A DNA stretch of 64,000 bases from Candidatus Tepidifontimicrobium thermophilum (GTDB lineage Bacteria; Sysuimicrobiota; Sysuimicrobiia; Sysuimicrobiales; Sysuimicrobiaceae), in contig JAVKHO010000013.1 in NCBI GenBank assembly GCA_031459915.1, positions 1-64,000 of the forward strand, in the 5' to 3' direction. Below, one piece after another: positions 1 through 8,776 of the stretch (position 1 is the first letter of the stretch; every line of letters starts with the position of its first letter). The notes below the pieces were generated by a model. The model saw only the letters and a program-made list of their open reading frames with translations. It ran no database searches and was not told the origin of the DNA. The translations under genes were made by a program, and so were the position numbers.

Positions 1-144
1 TGCCGGCCCGGGCCATGCGCTCCCGCACCCAGTCCGGGATGTGGATCCCGGGCACCTCGTGGTGCAAAAACTCCGCGTGCCGCGCGGACTGCAGCGGCAG
101 CACGCCCACCAGCATGGGCAGCGGCGGTGAGCCGACCCTCGTCA
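1..144 (-). repeat. Direct-repeat copy of yitJ positions 1246-1389; probably continues left of the window
   Basis: 1-144 aligns to 1246-1389 with a single mismatch (t128 vs c1373). Confidence 0.95.
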
Positions 145-191
145 GTCGCCCGCCCGCCGCGGGTGCCCGGTCAGGGCCAGGACGTTGTGCA
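144..191 (-). pseudogene. Diverged remnant of yitJ MTHFR-domain coding sequence (copy of about 1642-1689)
   Basis: agtcgcccgcccgccgcgggtgcccggtcagggccaggacgtt vs agtcgccggcccgcggcgggtccccggtcagggccagcacgtt at 1642: 4 mismatches in 43 nt. It joins the 1-144 repeat with about 250 nt of yitJ missing. Confidence 0.8.
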
Positions 192-199
192 GCGGGCTG

Positions 200-634
200 C
201 TACCGGCCCCCCGACCGATCCAGCCAGTCACGAACCTCGCGGGCAAAGACCTTGAACAGGTCGGGTGCCCTGCGGACCATGTCCGCTACCCGGTCCGGGT
301 CGACACGTGTGTACTCGTGCACCAGGACGTTCCGGAATCCTGCGCTGCCCCGAAAGCCCTCCCGGAGGTCCGCAGAGATCACCCCGTGGCGCGCCAGCTG
401 GTCTAGGCTGTCTTCGTAGCTTTCCGCGTGAATTCCAAAGGCCCCCACGAGCAGGTGGTCAGCGACGTTGAACACCACGCTCAGGCCGGCCAGCAACCCC
501 CGCTCGACCGTCCAACGGAGGCTCAGGTCGGCCCGCAGCTGTCCGGCCGTGACAGCAGCGTACCGCCGGAGCTCGTCGGCCACCACGTCGAGCTCGGCCA
601 GGGAGGCCAGGACGGACTCCCTACGCACGACCAC
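200..634 (-). CDS. hepT: HepT-like HEPN ribonuclease toxin (DUF86), type VII TA
   Basis: C-terminal 144 aa of ORF 200..988; RX4HXY motif (GFRNVLVHEY); GTG start overlaps the end of the upstream MNT gene. Confidence 0.88.
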   Translation of the reverse strand: MVVRRESVLASLAELDVVADELRRYAAVTAGQLRADLSLRWTVERGLLAGLSVVFNVADHLLVGAFGIHAESYEDSLDQLARHGVISADLREGFRGSAGFRNVLVHEYTRVDPDRVADMVRRAPDLFKVFAREVRDWLDRSGGR

Positions 635-1058
635 CGGCCAGCTCCCGGCGCTTTCTTTCCAGGTGTCGCAGGCGCACCACCGCGTCCCGGTACCGGGCCA
701 GCACCGACAGCTCGAACGTGTTCTCGACGTCCACACTCCTGCGGTACAGCAGCCTGCCGGTCCGGACGGCTTCGAAGGCCACAAACGGGGACGCCTGCGA
801 GAGGTCCACCAGGTCCACACGGTCTGTCCGCAACAGGCGCGAGATGTCCGCGTAGAACGCTTCGAACCGGAAGGCAGGTCCCGGCAGGTAGGCGAGGTCC
901 ACATCCTCAGGCGTCCCGGAGCCCGGGCGGCCTGCAGAGCCGAACACGTACAGCAGGTCAACGCCGTGGCTGGCGCCCACGTCTGCAAGACCTTCCAGCC
1001 GCTCCCGCCAGTCCGGGGGAAGTGGCGGGCGGCCCCGGTACTTCTCCCTCACCGACAC
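621..1058 (-). CDS. mntA: Minimal nucleotidyltransferase antitoxin (MntA-like)
   Basis: C-terminal part of ORF 621..2462; exact GSX10DXD motif (FGSAGRPGSGTPEDVD) and VDLVDL; directly upstream of the HEPN gene. Start could be 1052. Confidence 0.88.
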   Translation of the reverse strand: MSVREKYRGRPPLPPDWRERLEGLADVGASHGVDLLYVFGSAGRPGSGTPEDVDLAYLPGPAFRFEAFYADISRLLRTDRVDLVDLSQASPFVAFEAVRTGRLLYRRSVDVENTFELSVLARYRDAVVRLRHLERKRRELAGGRA

Positions 1059-1069
1059 CGGGAAGCCCC

Positions 1070-2932
1070 CTACCCCTGGCCGCGGGCCCGGCGGGCCAGG
1101 GCGGGGTGGGCCCGAAGCCGCGAGAGCAGCTCCGCCACCACCTCGTAGCGGCCAAAGGACGGCATCAGGTACACCCCGTCCACCCGGTCCGCGATGCTGT
1201 CCAGCAGCTCCGCCGCCAGCCGCAGCCCCTCCTCCCGGCCCCGGTTGCCGGCCCGGGCCATGCGCTCCCGCACCCAGTCCGGGATGTGGATCCCGGGCAC
1301 CTCGTGGTGCAAAAACTCCGCGTGCCGCGCGGACTGCAGCGGCAGCACGCCCACCAGCATGGGCAGCGGCGGCGAGCCGACCCTCGTCAAGTAGTGGTCC
1401 AGGGTCTCCGGTTCGAAAATCGGCTGCGTCATGACGAAGTCCGCGCCCGCTTCCACCTTCTGGTCCAGCCGGCGCATCTCGCGGTCGAGGGTCTCCGGGT
1501 GCATGTCGAAGGCCACGCCCACGCAGAAGGACGTGGGCCGCCCGACGGGCTTGCCCGCCAGGTCCACGCCCTCGTTCAGCCGCTTGAGGATGCGGACGAG
1601 GCCCACGGAGTCCGTGTCGTAGACCGCGGTGGTGGAGGGGTAGTCGCCGGCCCGCGGCGGGTCCCCGGTCAGGGCCAGCACGTTCCGCACCCCCAGGGCG
1701 TGCAGCCCGATCAGGTCCGCCTGCAGGGCCATGAGGTTCCGGTCCCGGGTGGTGAAGTGGATGATGGTCTCGATCCCCACGTGCTGCTGGACCAGCACGC
1801 ACAGGGCCGCGGCACTCATCCGGACCCGGCCCAGCGGGCTGTCGCCCACGTTCACCGCGTCGGCCCCCCGCTCCTTCACGAGCTGCGCTCCCAGCAGGTC
1901 CTTGGTGGGGTCCGTGCCCTTGGGCGGGTCGACTTCCACGCTGATGACGAACTGGCGGCCCAGCTTGCGGGCCAGCTCCGTCTGGCCCTCCGCGGGCGCG
2001 GACGGCTCCGGCCGCCTCGGAAGCTGCACCACCACCTTCGGCTCGGCGGACGGCCGCAGGTGTCGCACCGCCTCTGCCACGGCGGCGATGTGCTCGGGGG
2101 TGGTGCCGCAACAGCCCCCCACGACGCGGGCACCGAGTTCCGCCATCCGCCGGGCGTGCTCTGCAAAGTACCGGGGCGGGGTGGAGTACACGTAGCGGCC
2201 CTCCACGCGGGCCGGGTAGCCCGCGTTGGGCATGGCCGTGACGGGGAGGGAAGCGATCTGGACCATGGCCGCCACCACGTCCACCATGGGGAGCGGCCCC
2301 ACGCTGCAGTTCGCGCCCACCGCGGCCACGCCCAGGGGCTCCAGGGCCCGTACCACCTCCGCGGGCGTGTGGCCCCGGAGGGTCCGGCCGTCCTCGTCGA
2401 ACGTCATCTGCGCCACCACGGGCAGGTCGGTTACGTCCCGGGCCGCCCGGACCGCGACGCACAGCTCGTCCAGGTCCGAGAAGGTCTCCAGGAGCACCAG
2501 GTCGACGCCGCCTTCCACGAGGGCTTCCACCTGCTCCCGGAACGCCTCGTACGCCTCCTCCGGGCTCACGATGCCGAAGGGCTTGAGGGGCCTACCGAGC
2601 GGCCCCACGGAACCCGCCACGAACACGGGGACGCCGGCCACGTCCCGCGCCTCCTTGGCCAGCTTAGCCCCCGCACGGTTGAGCTCCCGCACGCGGTCCG
2701 CCAGCCCCTTAGCGGCCAGCTTGAACCGGTTCCCGCCGAAGGTGTTGGTCTCGATGAGCTCCGCGCCCGCCCGGATGTACTCCACGTGGACGCCTACCAC
2801 CAGGTCGCGGTCCGTGACGTTCACCAGCTCGAAGGACTGGTCGAAGGGCACCCCGCGGGCGTACAGCATGGTACCCATGGCGCCGTCCGCCACCAGCACC
2901 CCGCGGCGCAGCCGTTCCACGAAGGGGTTCAC
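1070..2932 (-). CDS. yitJ: Bifunctional homocysteine S-methyltransferase / methylenetetrahydrofolate reductase
   Basis: DGAMGT, ETNTFG, GANC and GGCCGT (Hcy-binding barrel) followed by an MTHFR domain (EVDPP, RDRN, LALTGD, TQPIF); GTG overlaps the pgm stop (GTGA). Confidence 0.92.
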   Translation of the reverse strand: MNPFVERLRRGVLVADGAMGTMLYARGVPFDQSFELVNVTDRDLVVGVHVEYIRAGAELIETNTFGGNRFKLAAKGLADRVRELNRAGAKLAKEARDVAGVPVFVAGSVGPLGRPLKPFGIVSPEEAYEAFREQVEALVEGGVDLVLLETFSDLDELCVAVRAARDVTDLPVVAQMTFDEDGRTLRGHTPAEVVRALEPLGVAAVGANCSVGPLPMVDVVAAMVQIASLPVTAMPNAGYPARVEGRYVYSTPPRYFAEHARRMAELGARVVGGCCGTTPEHIAAVAEAVRHLRPSAEPKVVVQLPRRPEPSAPAEGQTELARKLGRQFVISVEVDPPKGTDPTKDLLGAQLVKERGADAVNVGDSPLGRVRMSAAALCVLVQQHVGIETIIHFTTRDRNLMALQADLIGLHALGVRNVLALTGDPPRAGDYPSTTAVYDTDSVGLVRILKRLNEGVDLAGKPVGRPTSFCVGVAFDMHPETLDREMRRLDQKVEAGADFVMTQPIFEPETLDHYLTRVGSPPLPMLVGVLPLQSARHAEFLHHEVPGIHIPDWVRERMARAGNRGREEGLRLAAELLDSIADRVDGVYLMPSFGRYEVVAELLSRLRAHPALARRARGQG

Positions 2933-4335
2933 CCCGCTACCTCCGCGGTCACGCCCCAGTCCACGGGTCCCACTTCGGGGAACCGGGCCAGGGCCTCTTC
3001 CAGCGTCCGCTGGATCCGGCGTAGGGCCTCCGGGGTCGTTCCCTCCGCGCGCACCACCAGCACCGGCTGGGTGTTGCTGGCCCGCACCAGGCCCCAGCCG
3101 TCGCCGAACAACACCCGGGCGCCGTCCACGTCTACCACCTCGTAGCGCTCCTTGAACTGCCGCACCAGCTCTGCCACCACCGCGAACTTGCGGTCGTCCG
3201 GGCAGGGGACCCGGACCTCGGGCGTGGCGTGGTAGCGGGGGACGTCGGCCAGCAGCTCTGACAGGGGCCGGTCCGTGTTGGACAGGATGCGCACTAGACG
3301 CGCGGCGGCGTAGACCGCGTCGTCGAACCCGTAGTACTCGTCCGCGAAGAACATGTGGCCGGACATCTCGCCGGTGAACACCGCACCGATCTCCTTCATC
3401 TTCGCCTTGATGAGGGAGTGTCCGGTCTTGTAGAAGAACGGCCGGCCGCCCAACCGGCGGATCTCGTCCACCAGGGCCTGCGAGCACTTCACCTCCACGA
3501 TGGCCTCCGCCCCGGGGTACTTCGGGAGGATCTCCCGCCAGAACAGGATCATCAGCTCGTCGCCCCAGACGATGCGGCCGCGGTCGTCCACCACGCCGAT
3601 GCGGTCGCCGTCGCCGTCAAAGCCCAGCCCCACGTCCGCTCCTTCCTCCAGCACCCTGCGGATGAGGTCCTGGAGGTTTTTGGGGTCCACGGGGTCCGGG
3701 TGGTGGTGCGGGAAAGCAGGATCGCTGTCACAGTACAGCTCCACCACCTGCACCCCGAGGTCGCGCAGGACCTGAGGTGCGATGACGCTGGCGGTCCCGT
3801 TGCCGCAGTCCACCACCGCCCGCAGCCGCCGCGGGCCCAGCCTCACCCGCTCCCGGATGGCGGCGCGGTACGCGGGTTTGACGTCCACCTGGCGCACGCT
3901 CCCGGGCCCTCGGACGGACGCTCCCTCCTCCGCCAAACGGCGGACTTCCTGGATCTGTTCCCCGTAGAGCGTCCCGAAGCCGTAGGCCAGCTTGAACCCG
4001 TTGTACTCGGGCGGGTTGTGGCTGGCGGTGACCATCACCCCGCCGTCGATCCCCAGGTGCACCCGGGCGAAGTAGAACACGGGGGTAGTCACCAGGCCCA
4101 CGTCCGTGACCTCGCAACCGGAGTCGGCCAGGGCGTCTACCACCGCGCGGTGCAGGGCTGGCGAGGAGGCGCGGTTGTCGTGGCCTACCACTACCGGCAG
4201 CGGGCCCTCCGCGGACGTCCGCTCCCGCAGGTACGCCGCGAACGCCCGGGCCACCCGCGCGGCCCCCTCCGGCGTCAGCTCCTCCCCGAACACGCCCCGG
4301 ATGTCGTACTCGCGGAAGATGCCAGCCGGTACCAT
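2929..4335 (-). CDS. Phosphomannomutase/phosphoglucomutase
   Basis: IFREYDIRG, TASHNP phosphoserine loop, DGDGDR metal loop, GEMSGH; GGAGG RBS upstream of the ATG. Confidence 0.95.
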   Translation of the reverse strand: MVPAGIFREYDIRGVFGEELTPEGAARVARAFAAYLRERTSAEGPLPVVVGHDNRASSPALHRAVVDALADSGCEVTDVGLVTTPVFYFARVHLGIDGGVMVTASHNPPEYNGFKLAYGFGTLYGEQIQEVRRLAEEGASVRGPGSVRQVDVKPAYRAAIRERVRLGPRRLRAVVDCGNGTASVIAPQVLRDLGVQVVELYCDSDPAFPHHHPDPVDPKNLQDLIRRVLEEGADVGLGFDGDGDRIGVVDDRGRIVWGDELMILFWREILPKYPGAEAIVEVKCSQALVDEIRRLGGRPFFYKTGHSLIKAKMKEIGAVFTGEMSGHMFFADEYYGFDDAVYAAARLVRILSNTDRPLSELLADVPRYHATPEVRVPCPDDRKFAVVAELVRQFKERYEVVDVDGARVLFGDGWGLVRASNTQPVLVVRAEGTTPEALRRIQRTLEEALARFPEVGPVDWGVTAEVAG

Positions 4336-4360
4336 CTCCACCTCCTGCACCCGCCGTACC

Positions 4361-4366
4361 ATTGTA
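4361..4366 (-). promoter_or_regulatory. Putative -10 box (TACAAT) for the pgm-yitJ-mntA-hepT unit
   Basis: attgta on + strand, 25 nt upstream of the ATG at 4335. Confidence 0.45.
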
Positions 4367-4388
4367 GTCCACGGCCGTCCGGCGGCGC

Positions 4389-5852
4389 TCAGCGCAGCGG
4401 CTCCGGTACGGCTCCCTGCACCCGCGGGGACGGCACCACGTTGAGGGTGATCCAGAACTGCTGCTGCGGCACGCGGTAGGTCAGGGAGACGTCCAGGCAG
4501 TCGCACAGCCGGCCCGCGCTGACTTCCAGCTCCTCGAAGGACGAGAGCGTCACGTTGTACTTGGCGAAGGTCCGGAACCGCCAGCCCTCTCCGGAAGACG
4601 CGTGCACGGTGGCCAGGACCCGGAGGTGCTGCGGCAGTGCGTCGTACTGCACTGCTACGTCCCAGCTGAGACCTTCCCCGGCCCACCGGTGGCCGAGGGT
4701 GAGCGCGGACTGACGGGTCGGCGCGTCGAACAGGAACGGGGTCGAGCCGTAGGCCTCGGTCCAAGCGTACGAGAGGTAGGCGGACGAGCGTGCGTCCAGC
4801 CGCAGGTCTACTGAGGCCCCGAGGGTGGGCACGAACAGCGCTCGGTCGCGGTACACGCTGTACCGGAAGGACGCGAAGGGGGCGGCAGACCAAGGGCCCC
4901 CGAGCTGCAGGCGCGGCAGCCCCAGGCCCAAGGACAACTCAGCCTTCGGGCTTTCCGCAGCCGTCGCCCGCTCCCGGTACTGCCCGGCCAGCAGCGTTCC
5001 GGAAACAGTCACGCCGGCACCCACCGTCCACACGGGCGGCGTGTACCGCAGTTCGAACGTCTCCACAGGCCGGTTCTCCGAGTCGCGGACGGTACCTGCC
5101 GTGAACTCCACTCTGCCTGCGCCCACGACCGCACGCAGCGTGCTGCGGAACTCGAAGCCCAGGGCCGTGTTGTAGCGGGCGTACGCCTCCGCCTCCACGT
5201 CCCCCAGGCGGTACGGGTACCGCAGGGCGATCCAGTAGCCGGACAGCGCGTCGTAGCCGAGCTGCGGGGACGGGAAGTCCCGGCGGGCGCGCTCGGGGTC
5301 GATGCGCACCTCGTACCTGGGTAAGGTCAGCACGGGTGTGCGGCCGACCCACAGGGTAGCGTCTTCCGCCACCAGTCGGTCGGCCCAGAACACCGTGACG
5401 CGCCGGGCGGTGATGTAGAACAGCGGGGACGCGGGGTCGCAGAAGGTCGCCAGGCCGTCGGCGGCCAGGGCCCGGCCCGGGCCCACCTGCGCCTGGCGGG
5501 CCTGAAGGTAAGCTCCTTCCGCCAGGACCCGCACGTCCGTGGCGAGCCCCTCCTCGGTGTCCAGCCGGTAGCGCACCTCGCGAGCTGCAAGCCGCTGCTG
5601 GCCGCGGACCAGACGCACGTCGCCGCGCAGGAGCACCTCCCGCCGGCCGAGGTCCGCGAACAGGTAGTCCGCGGAGGCGCGAACGTCTTGGTAGGTCAAC
5701 CGCACGCGGCCCTGGGCTTCCACCGTGCGGGCCACGGTGTCGTAGGTGACGCGGTCCGCCTCCACCACCAGCGGCGCCGGCTGAGCCCGTAACCCGCGGG
5801 CAGGACCCAGGGTGACGAGGAGCACCGGGAGGAGAAGGACAAGGCGGCGCAC
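4389..5852 (-). CDS. LptD/OstA-like LPS assembly outer-membrane protein
   Basis: Signal peptide, OstA-like N-terminus (VEADRVTYD...AQGRVRL), TFC...FYITA segment, beta-strand-rich C-terminus. Start set at the GTG 7 nt after TATCCT; the ORF is open to 5882. Confidence 0.72.
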   Translation of the reverse strand: MRRLVLLLPVLLVTLGPARGLRAQPAPLVVEADRVTYDTVARTVEAQGRVRLTYQDVRASADYLFADLGRREVLLRGDVRLVRGQQRLAAREVRYRLDTEEGLATDVRVLAEGAYLQARQAQVGPGRALAADGLATFCDPASPLFYITARRVTVFWADRLVAEDATLWVGRTPVLTLPRYEVRIDPERARRDFPSPQLGYDALSGYWIALRYPYRLGDVEAEAYARYNTALGFEFRSTLRAVVGAGRVEFTAGTVRDSENRPVETFELRYTPPVWTVGAGVTVSGTLLAGQYRERATAAESPKAELSLGLGLPRLQLGGPWSAAPFASFRYSVYRDRALFVPTLGASVDLRLDARSSAYLSYAWTEAYGSTPFLFDAPTRQSALTLGHRWAGEGLSWDVAVQYDALPQHLRVLATVHASSGEGWRFRTFAKYNVTLSSFEELEVSAGRLCDCLDVSLTYRVPQQQFWITLNVVPSPRVQGAVPEPLR

Positions 5853-5859
5853 GGGTCCC

Positions 5860-5911
5860 AGGATATTCGCCGCCGCGGGCACCGCGTCCTGCGCGGAAAG
5901 CGGCCTATAAT
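5860..5911. promoter_or_regulatory. Divergent -10 boxes: TATCCT (-, 5860-5865) and TATAAT (+, 5906-5911), both in leaderless geometry
   Basis: Each lies 6-7 nt before a GTG start (5852 and 5918), with no SD sequence. Confidence 0.6.
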
Positions 5912-5917
5912 GGCCCC

Positions 5918-7042
5918 GTGGACGTGTTGCTGGTCTCCAACGGCCCAGGCGAGCTCACTGGCTGGGCGTTCCCCTTGGCCCGCGCCCTCCGGCGCCTGGA
6001 CCGTCGGGCGTCCCTGCACCTGGCCCTGCCGCCGTGCCAGTACGCCACCGGCAGGGAGCGCCAGGTGGCCGAGAGTTCAGGGCTGTTCGACCGGGTCTAC
6101 GGACCCGCGGAGGTGGTCCGCCTGGTCCTCAGCGGGCCGCGGCCGGCCAGCCGGTGCGTGGTGCACGTGGGAGGCGACCTGTGGTACACGGCCCGCCTGA
6201 GCCGACGCGCGGGCTGCCCCGCGGTGGCCTACGTCGAGCGTGACCTGGTCGCCCCGCGCCACCGGGCGTTCGCGCGCATCGCCACCCACACGGACGGCCT
6301 GGCGGAGGAGCTGGTCCGCCGGGGCGTGCCGGCAGACAAGGTGCAGACCGTAGGGGACCTGCGGGCAGACGCGGTGGACCCCGTGCAGCCCGCCCCAGAA
6401 CCCGAGCAGAGGGTGCTGCTGTTGCTGCCGGGCTCACGCCCCGGTATCTTCCGCGACCTGGCTCCCCTCATGCTGGAAGTGGGAAGGCTGGTCCGCGCCC
6501 GGCTACCGGAAGTCGAGCTGGCCCTGGTCCCCTCGCCGTTCTTGAGCGAGGAGGTCGTGCACGCCGCGGCCCGGGGACAGCACGTGTTTGTGGCGTGGAC
6601 GGCGGAGCAGCGGCGCGCTGTCCTGGCCCGGACGGCGCTGGCACTGACGCTGCCGGGGACGTCCAACGTGGAGCTGGGCCTGCTCGGTGTACCCATGCTG
6701 GTCTGGCTGCCCCTGTACGACCCTTCGCGGGTGCCGCTGGAAGGGCTGGTGGAGTGGCTGGCAAGGGTTCCGGGGGCCGGCAGGGCTCTGAAGGGGTGGG
6801 CCGTCCGGCGCGGGCTGCGCCGGCTGCGCTACGTGAGCCCGGTGAACGCCGCAGTGGGCGAGCCCGTGGTGGACGAGGAGGTGGGGAAGGCGCCGCCTCC
6901 TGCAGTGGCGTCGCGGGTGGTCCGGCTGCTGGAGGACCGAGCGCACCTGCGGCGGGTGCGGGAGCGTCTGCAACGCCACTTCCACCGGCCGCGGGGCGCC
7001 TCGGAGCGGCTCGCCCGCACGGTGCTGGAGCTGGCGTCGTGA
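5918..7042 (+). CDS. Lipid-A-disaccharide synthase (LpxB)-like GT-B glycosyltransferase
   Basis: SNGPGE N-terminus, LLLPGSR, TLPGTSNVELGLLGVPM. Confidence 0.75.
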   Translation: MDVLLVSNGPGELTGWAFPLARALRRLDRRASLHLALPPCQYATGRERQVAESSGLFDRVYGPAEVVRLVLSGPRPASRCVVHVGGDLWYTARLSRRAGCPAVAYVERDLVAPRHRAFARIATHTDGLAEELVRRGVPADKVQTVGDLRADAVDPVQPAPEPEQRVLLLLPGSRPGIFRDLAPLMLEVGRLVRARLPEVELALVPSPFLSEEVVHAAARGQHVFVAWTAEQRRAVLARTALALTLPGTSNVELGLLGVPMLVWLPLYDPSRVPLEGLVEWLARVPGAGRALKGWAVRRGLRRLRYVSPVNAAVGEPVVDEEVGKAPPPAVASRVVRLLEDRAHLRRVRERLQRHFHRPRGASERLARTVLELAS

Positions 7043-8772
7043 GGCTGCCGGGGCTGCTGCGGGAGATCGTCCGGCCACACCAGGCGCTCCTGGTCGCCGC
7101 GGTGGCATGTGTCCTCGCGGCCACCGCGGCGGGGCTCAGCGTGCCCCTGCTGTTCCGGGACCTCGTGGACCGGATCACGGTCACTGGGGACCTAACGCTC
7201 CTGCAGCAGCTCGCTTTGCTGGGACTCGGGGTCTTCGTCCTCCGGTCCGTGTTCCTGTACGGGCAGATCCACCTGAACTTCACGTTCGCCCACCGCGCCA
7301 CCGCGGACCTCCGCGACCTCCTCTTCTCCAGGGTCCTCCGGTGGCCGGTCGACCGCCTGGGCGGGTGGCACAGCGCGGAGGTGATGTCCCGGGCGCTGCA
7401 GGACACCCAGCTGGTGCACACCCACCTTTTGATCGGGCTGGTGGACTTCGTCGCCACAGGGGTCCAGCTGCTGGGTACGGTGGTCATGCTGTTCGTGCTG
7501 GACTGGCGGCTGGCTTCCGCCACCTTCGCCATCCTCCCGGGGACCGCGCTGCTGGCCCGGCACTTCGGGGCCCAGATCCAGCAAACCTCCGCTCTCGCAC
7601 AGCAGCGGGTGGCCGAGCTCGCCACCCGGGTGCGGGACGTGATCGCGGGTGCCCGCGTCGTGCGGGCCTTCGTGCAGGAAACCCGGGAGGAACGCCGGTT
7701 CTCCGAGGAGAACCGGCGTCTGCTCCGGGAGCAGCTGCGGATCGGCCGGCTGGTGGCCCTGGAGGTGTCTGCCATGAGCCTCGCCACCGCGGTGGGGCTC
7801 ATCGTGTTCCTGTGGGTGGGCGGACAGCTGGTGGCCGCGCGCCTGATGACCCCGGGGGAGCTGGTGGCGTTCATCGCGTACGTGGCCATGGCCATCGAGC
7901 CGGGCGTCAGCCTCACGCGCCTTTACAGCCACGCGCGTCAGGCAGCTGCGGCGCTCGAGCGTGTGGAGGAGATCCTCCGGGTGCCGGTGGTGGAGGAGCC
8001 CAGGGGAGCCCGAGACCTTCCCCAGCCCCTGGGCGAGGTGGTGTTCGAGGACGTGTGGCTGGCGTACGAACCCGGCCGTTGGGCCCTCCGGGGGGTGACC
8101 TTCCACATCCGGCCCGGCGAGCACGTGGCCCTGGTGGGGCCCAGTGGCGCGGGCAAGAGCTCGCTGGTCAACCTCCTCCTGCGCTTCTACGACCCCACCC
8201 GTGGCCGGGTGACGGTGGGCGGCGTGGACCTGCGGGAGGTGCGGACCGAGTCGTTGCGCCAGAGGGTCGCCTACGTCCCCCAGGAGACCGTGCTGTTCGC
8301 GGGCACGGTCCGGGACAACATCGCGTACGGCAGGCCAGACGCGTCCCTGGACGAGGTGGTGCGGGCCGCGGTGGCGGCCAACGCGGACGGCTTCATCCGC
8401 CAGCTCCCGCGGGGCTACGACACGCCCCTGGACGAGGCGGCCCTCACCCTGTCCGGCGGACAGCGGCAGCGGATCGCCATCGCCCGGGCCTTGCTCACGG
8501 ACCCGGAGTTCATCATCCTGGACGAGGCCACCTCCTCCCTGGACTCCGAGTCCGAGGCCCTGGTGCAGGAAGCCATCGAACGGCTCATGACAGGACGCAC
8601 GGCCCTGGTGATCGCCCACCGCCTCAGTACCGTCCGGAGGGCCCACCGCATCGTGGTGCTGGCGGAGGGGCGGGTGGTCCAGGAGGGCACCTACGACAGT
8701 CTCATGGCCTCCGGGGGCCTGTTCCGGGCTCTGGCGGAGGTCCAGCTCCTGCCGGAACCCGCGCGGAGGTGA
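7039..8772 (+). CDS. ABC exporter, fused TMD-NBD (MsbA-like)
   Basis: N-terminal TM domain; GPSGAGKS, LSGGQRQR, ILDEATSSLD, AHRLST. Confidence 0.9.
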   Translation: MRLPGLLREIVRPHQALLVAAVACVLAATAAGLSVPLLFRDLVDRITVTGDLTLLQQLALLGLGVFVLRSVFLYGQIHLNFTFAHRATADLRDLLFSRVLRWPVDRLGGWHSAEVMSRALQDTQLVHTHLLIGLVDFVATGVQLLGTVVMLFVLDWRLASATFAILPGTALLARHFGAQIQQTSALAQQRVAELATRVRDVIAGARVVRAFVQETREERRFSEENRRLLREQLRIGRLVALEVSAMSLATAVGLIVFLWVGGQLVAARLMTPGELVAFIAYVAMAIEPGVSLTRLYSHARQAAAALERVEEILRVPVVEEPRGARDLPQPLGEVVFEDVWLAYEPGRWALRGVTFHIRPGEHVALVGPSGAGKSSLVNLLLRFYDPTRGRVTVGGVDLREVRTESLRQRVAYVPQETVLFAGTVRDNIAYGRPDASLDEVVRAAVAANADGFIRQLPRGYDTPLDEAALTLSGGQRQRIAIARALLTDPEFIILDEATSSLDSESEALVQEAIERLMTGRTALVIAHRLSTVRRAHRIVVLAEGRVVQEGTYDSLMASGGLFRALAEVQLLPEPARR

Positions 8773-8776
8773 TCGC

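Noticed and set aside
1..1389. The repeat pair as a DGR template/variable region or an IS target-site duplication
   Set aside because: There is no reverse transcriptase or transposase, only one mismatch in 144 nt, and the repeat is far longer than a target-site duplication.
428..3145. Very long alternative-frame ORFs (e.g. 428..3145+, 23885..27226-, 51308..53977+)
   Set aside because: They are antisense or off-frame shadows of well-supported genes, expected at this GC content, and carry no family motifs.
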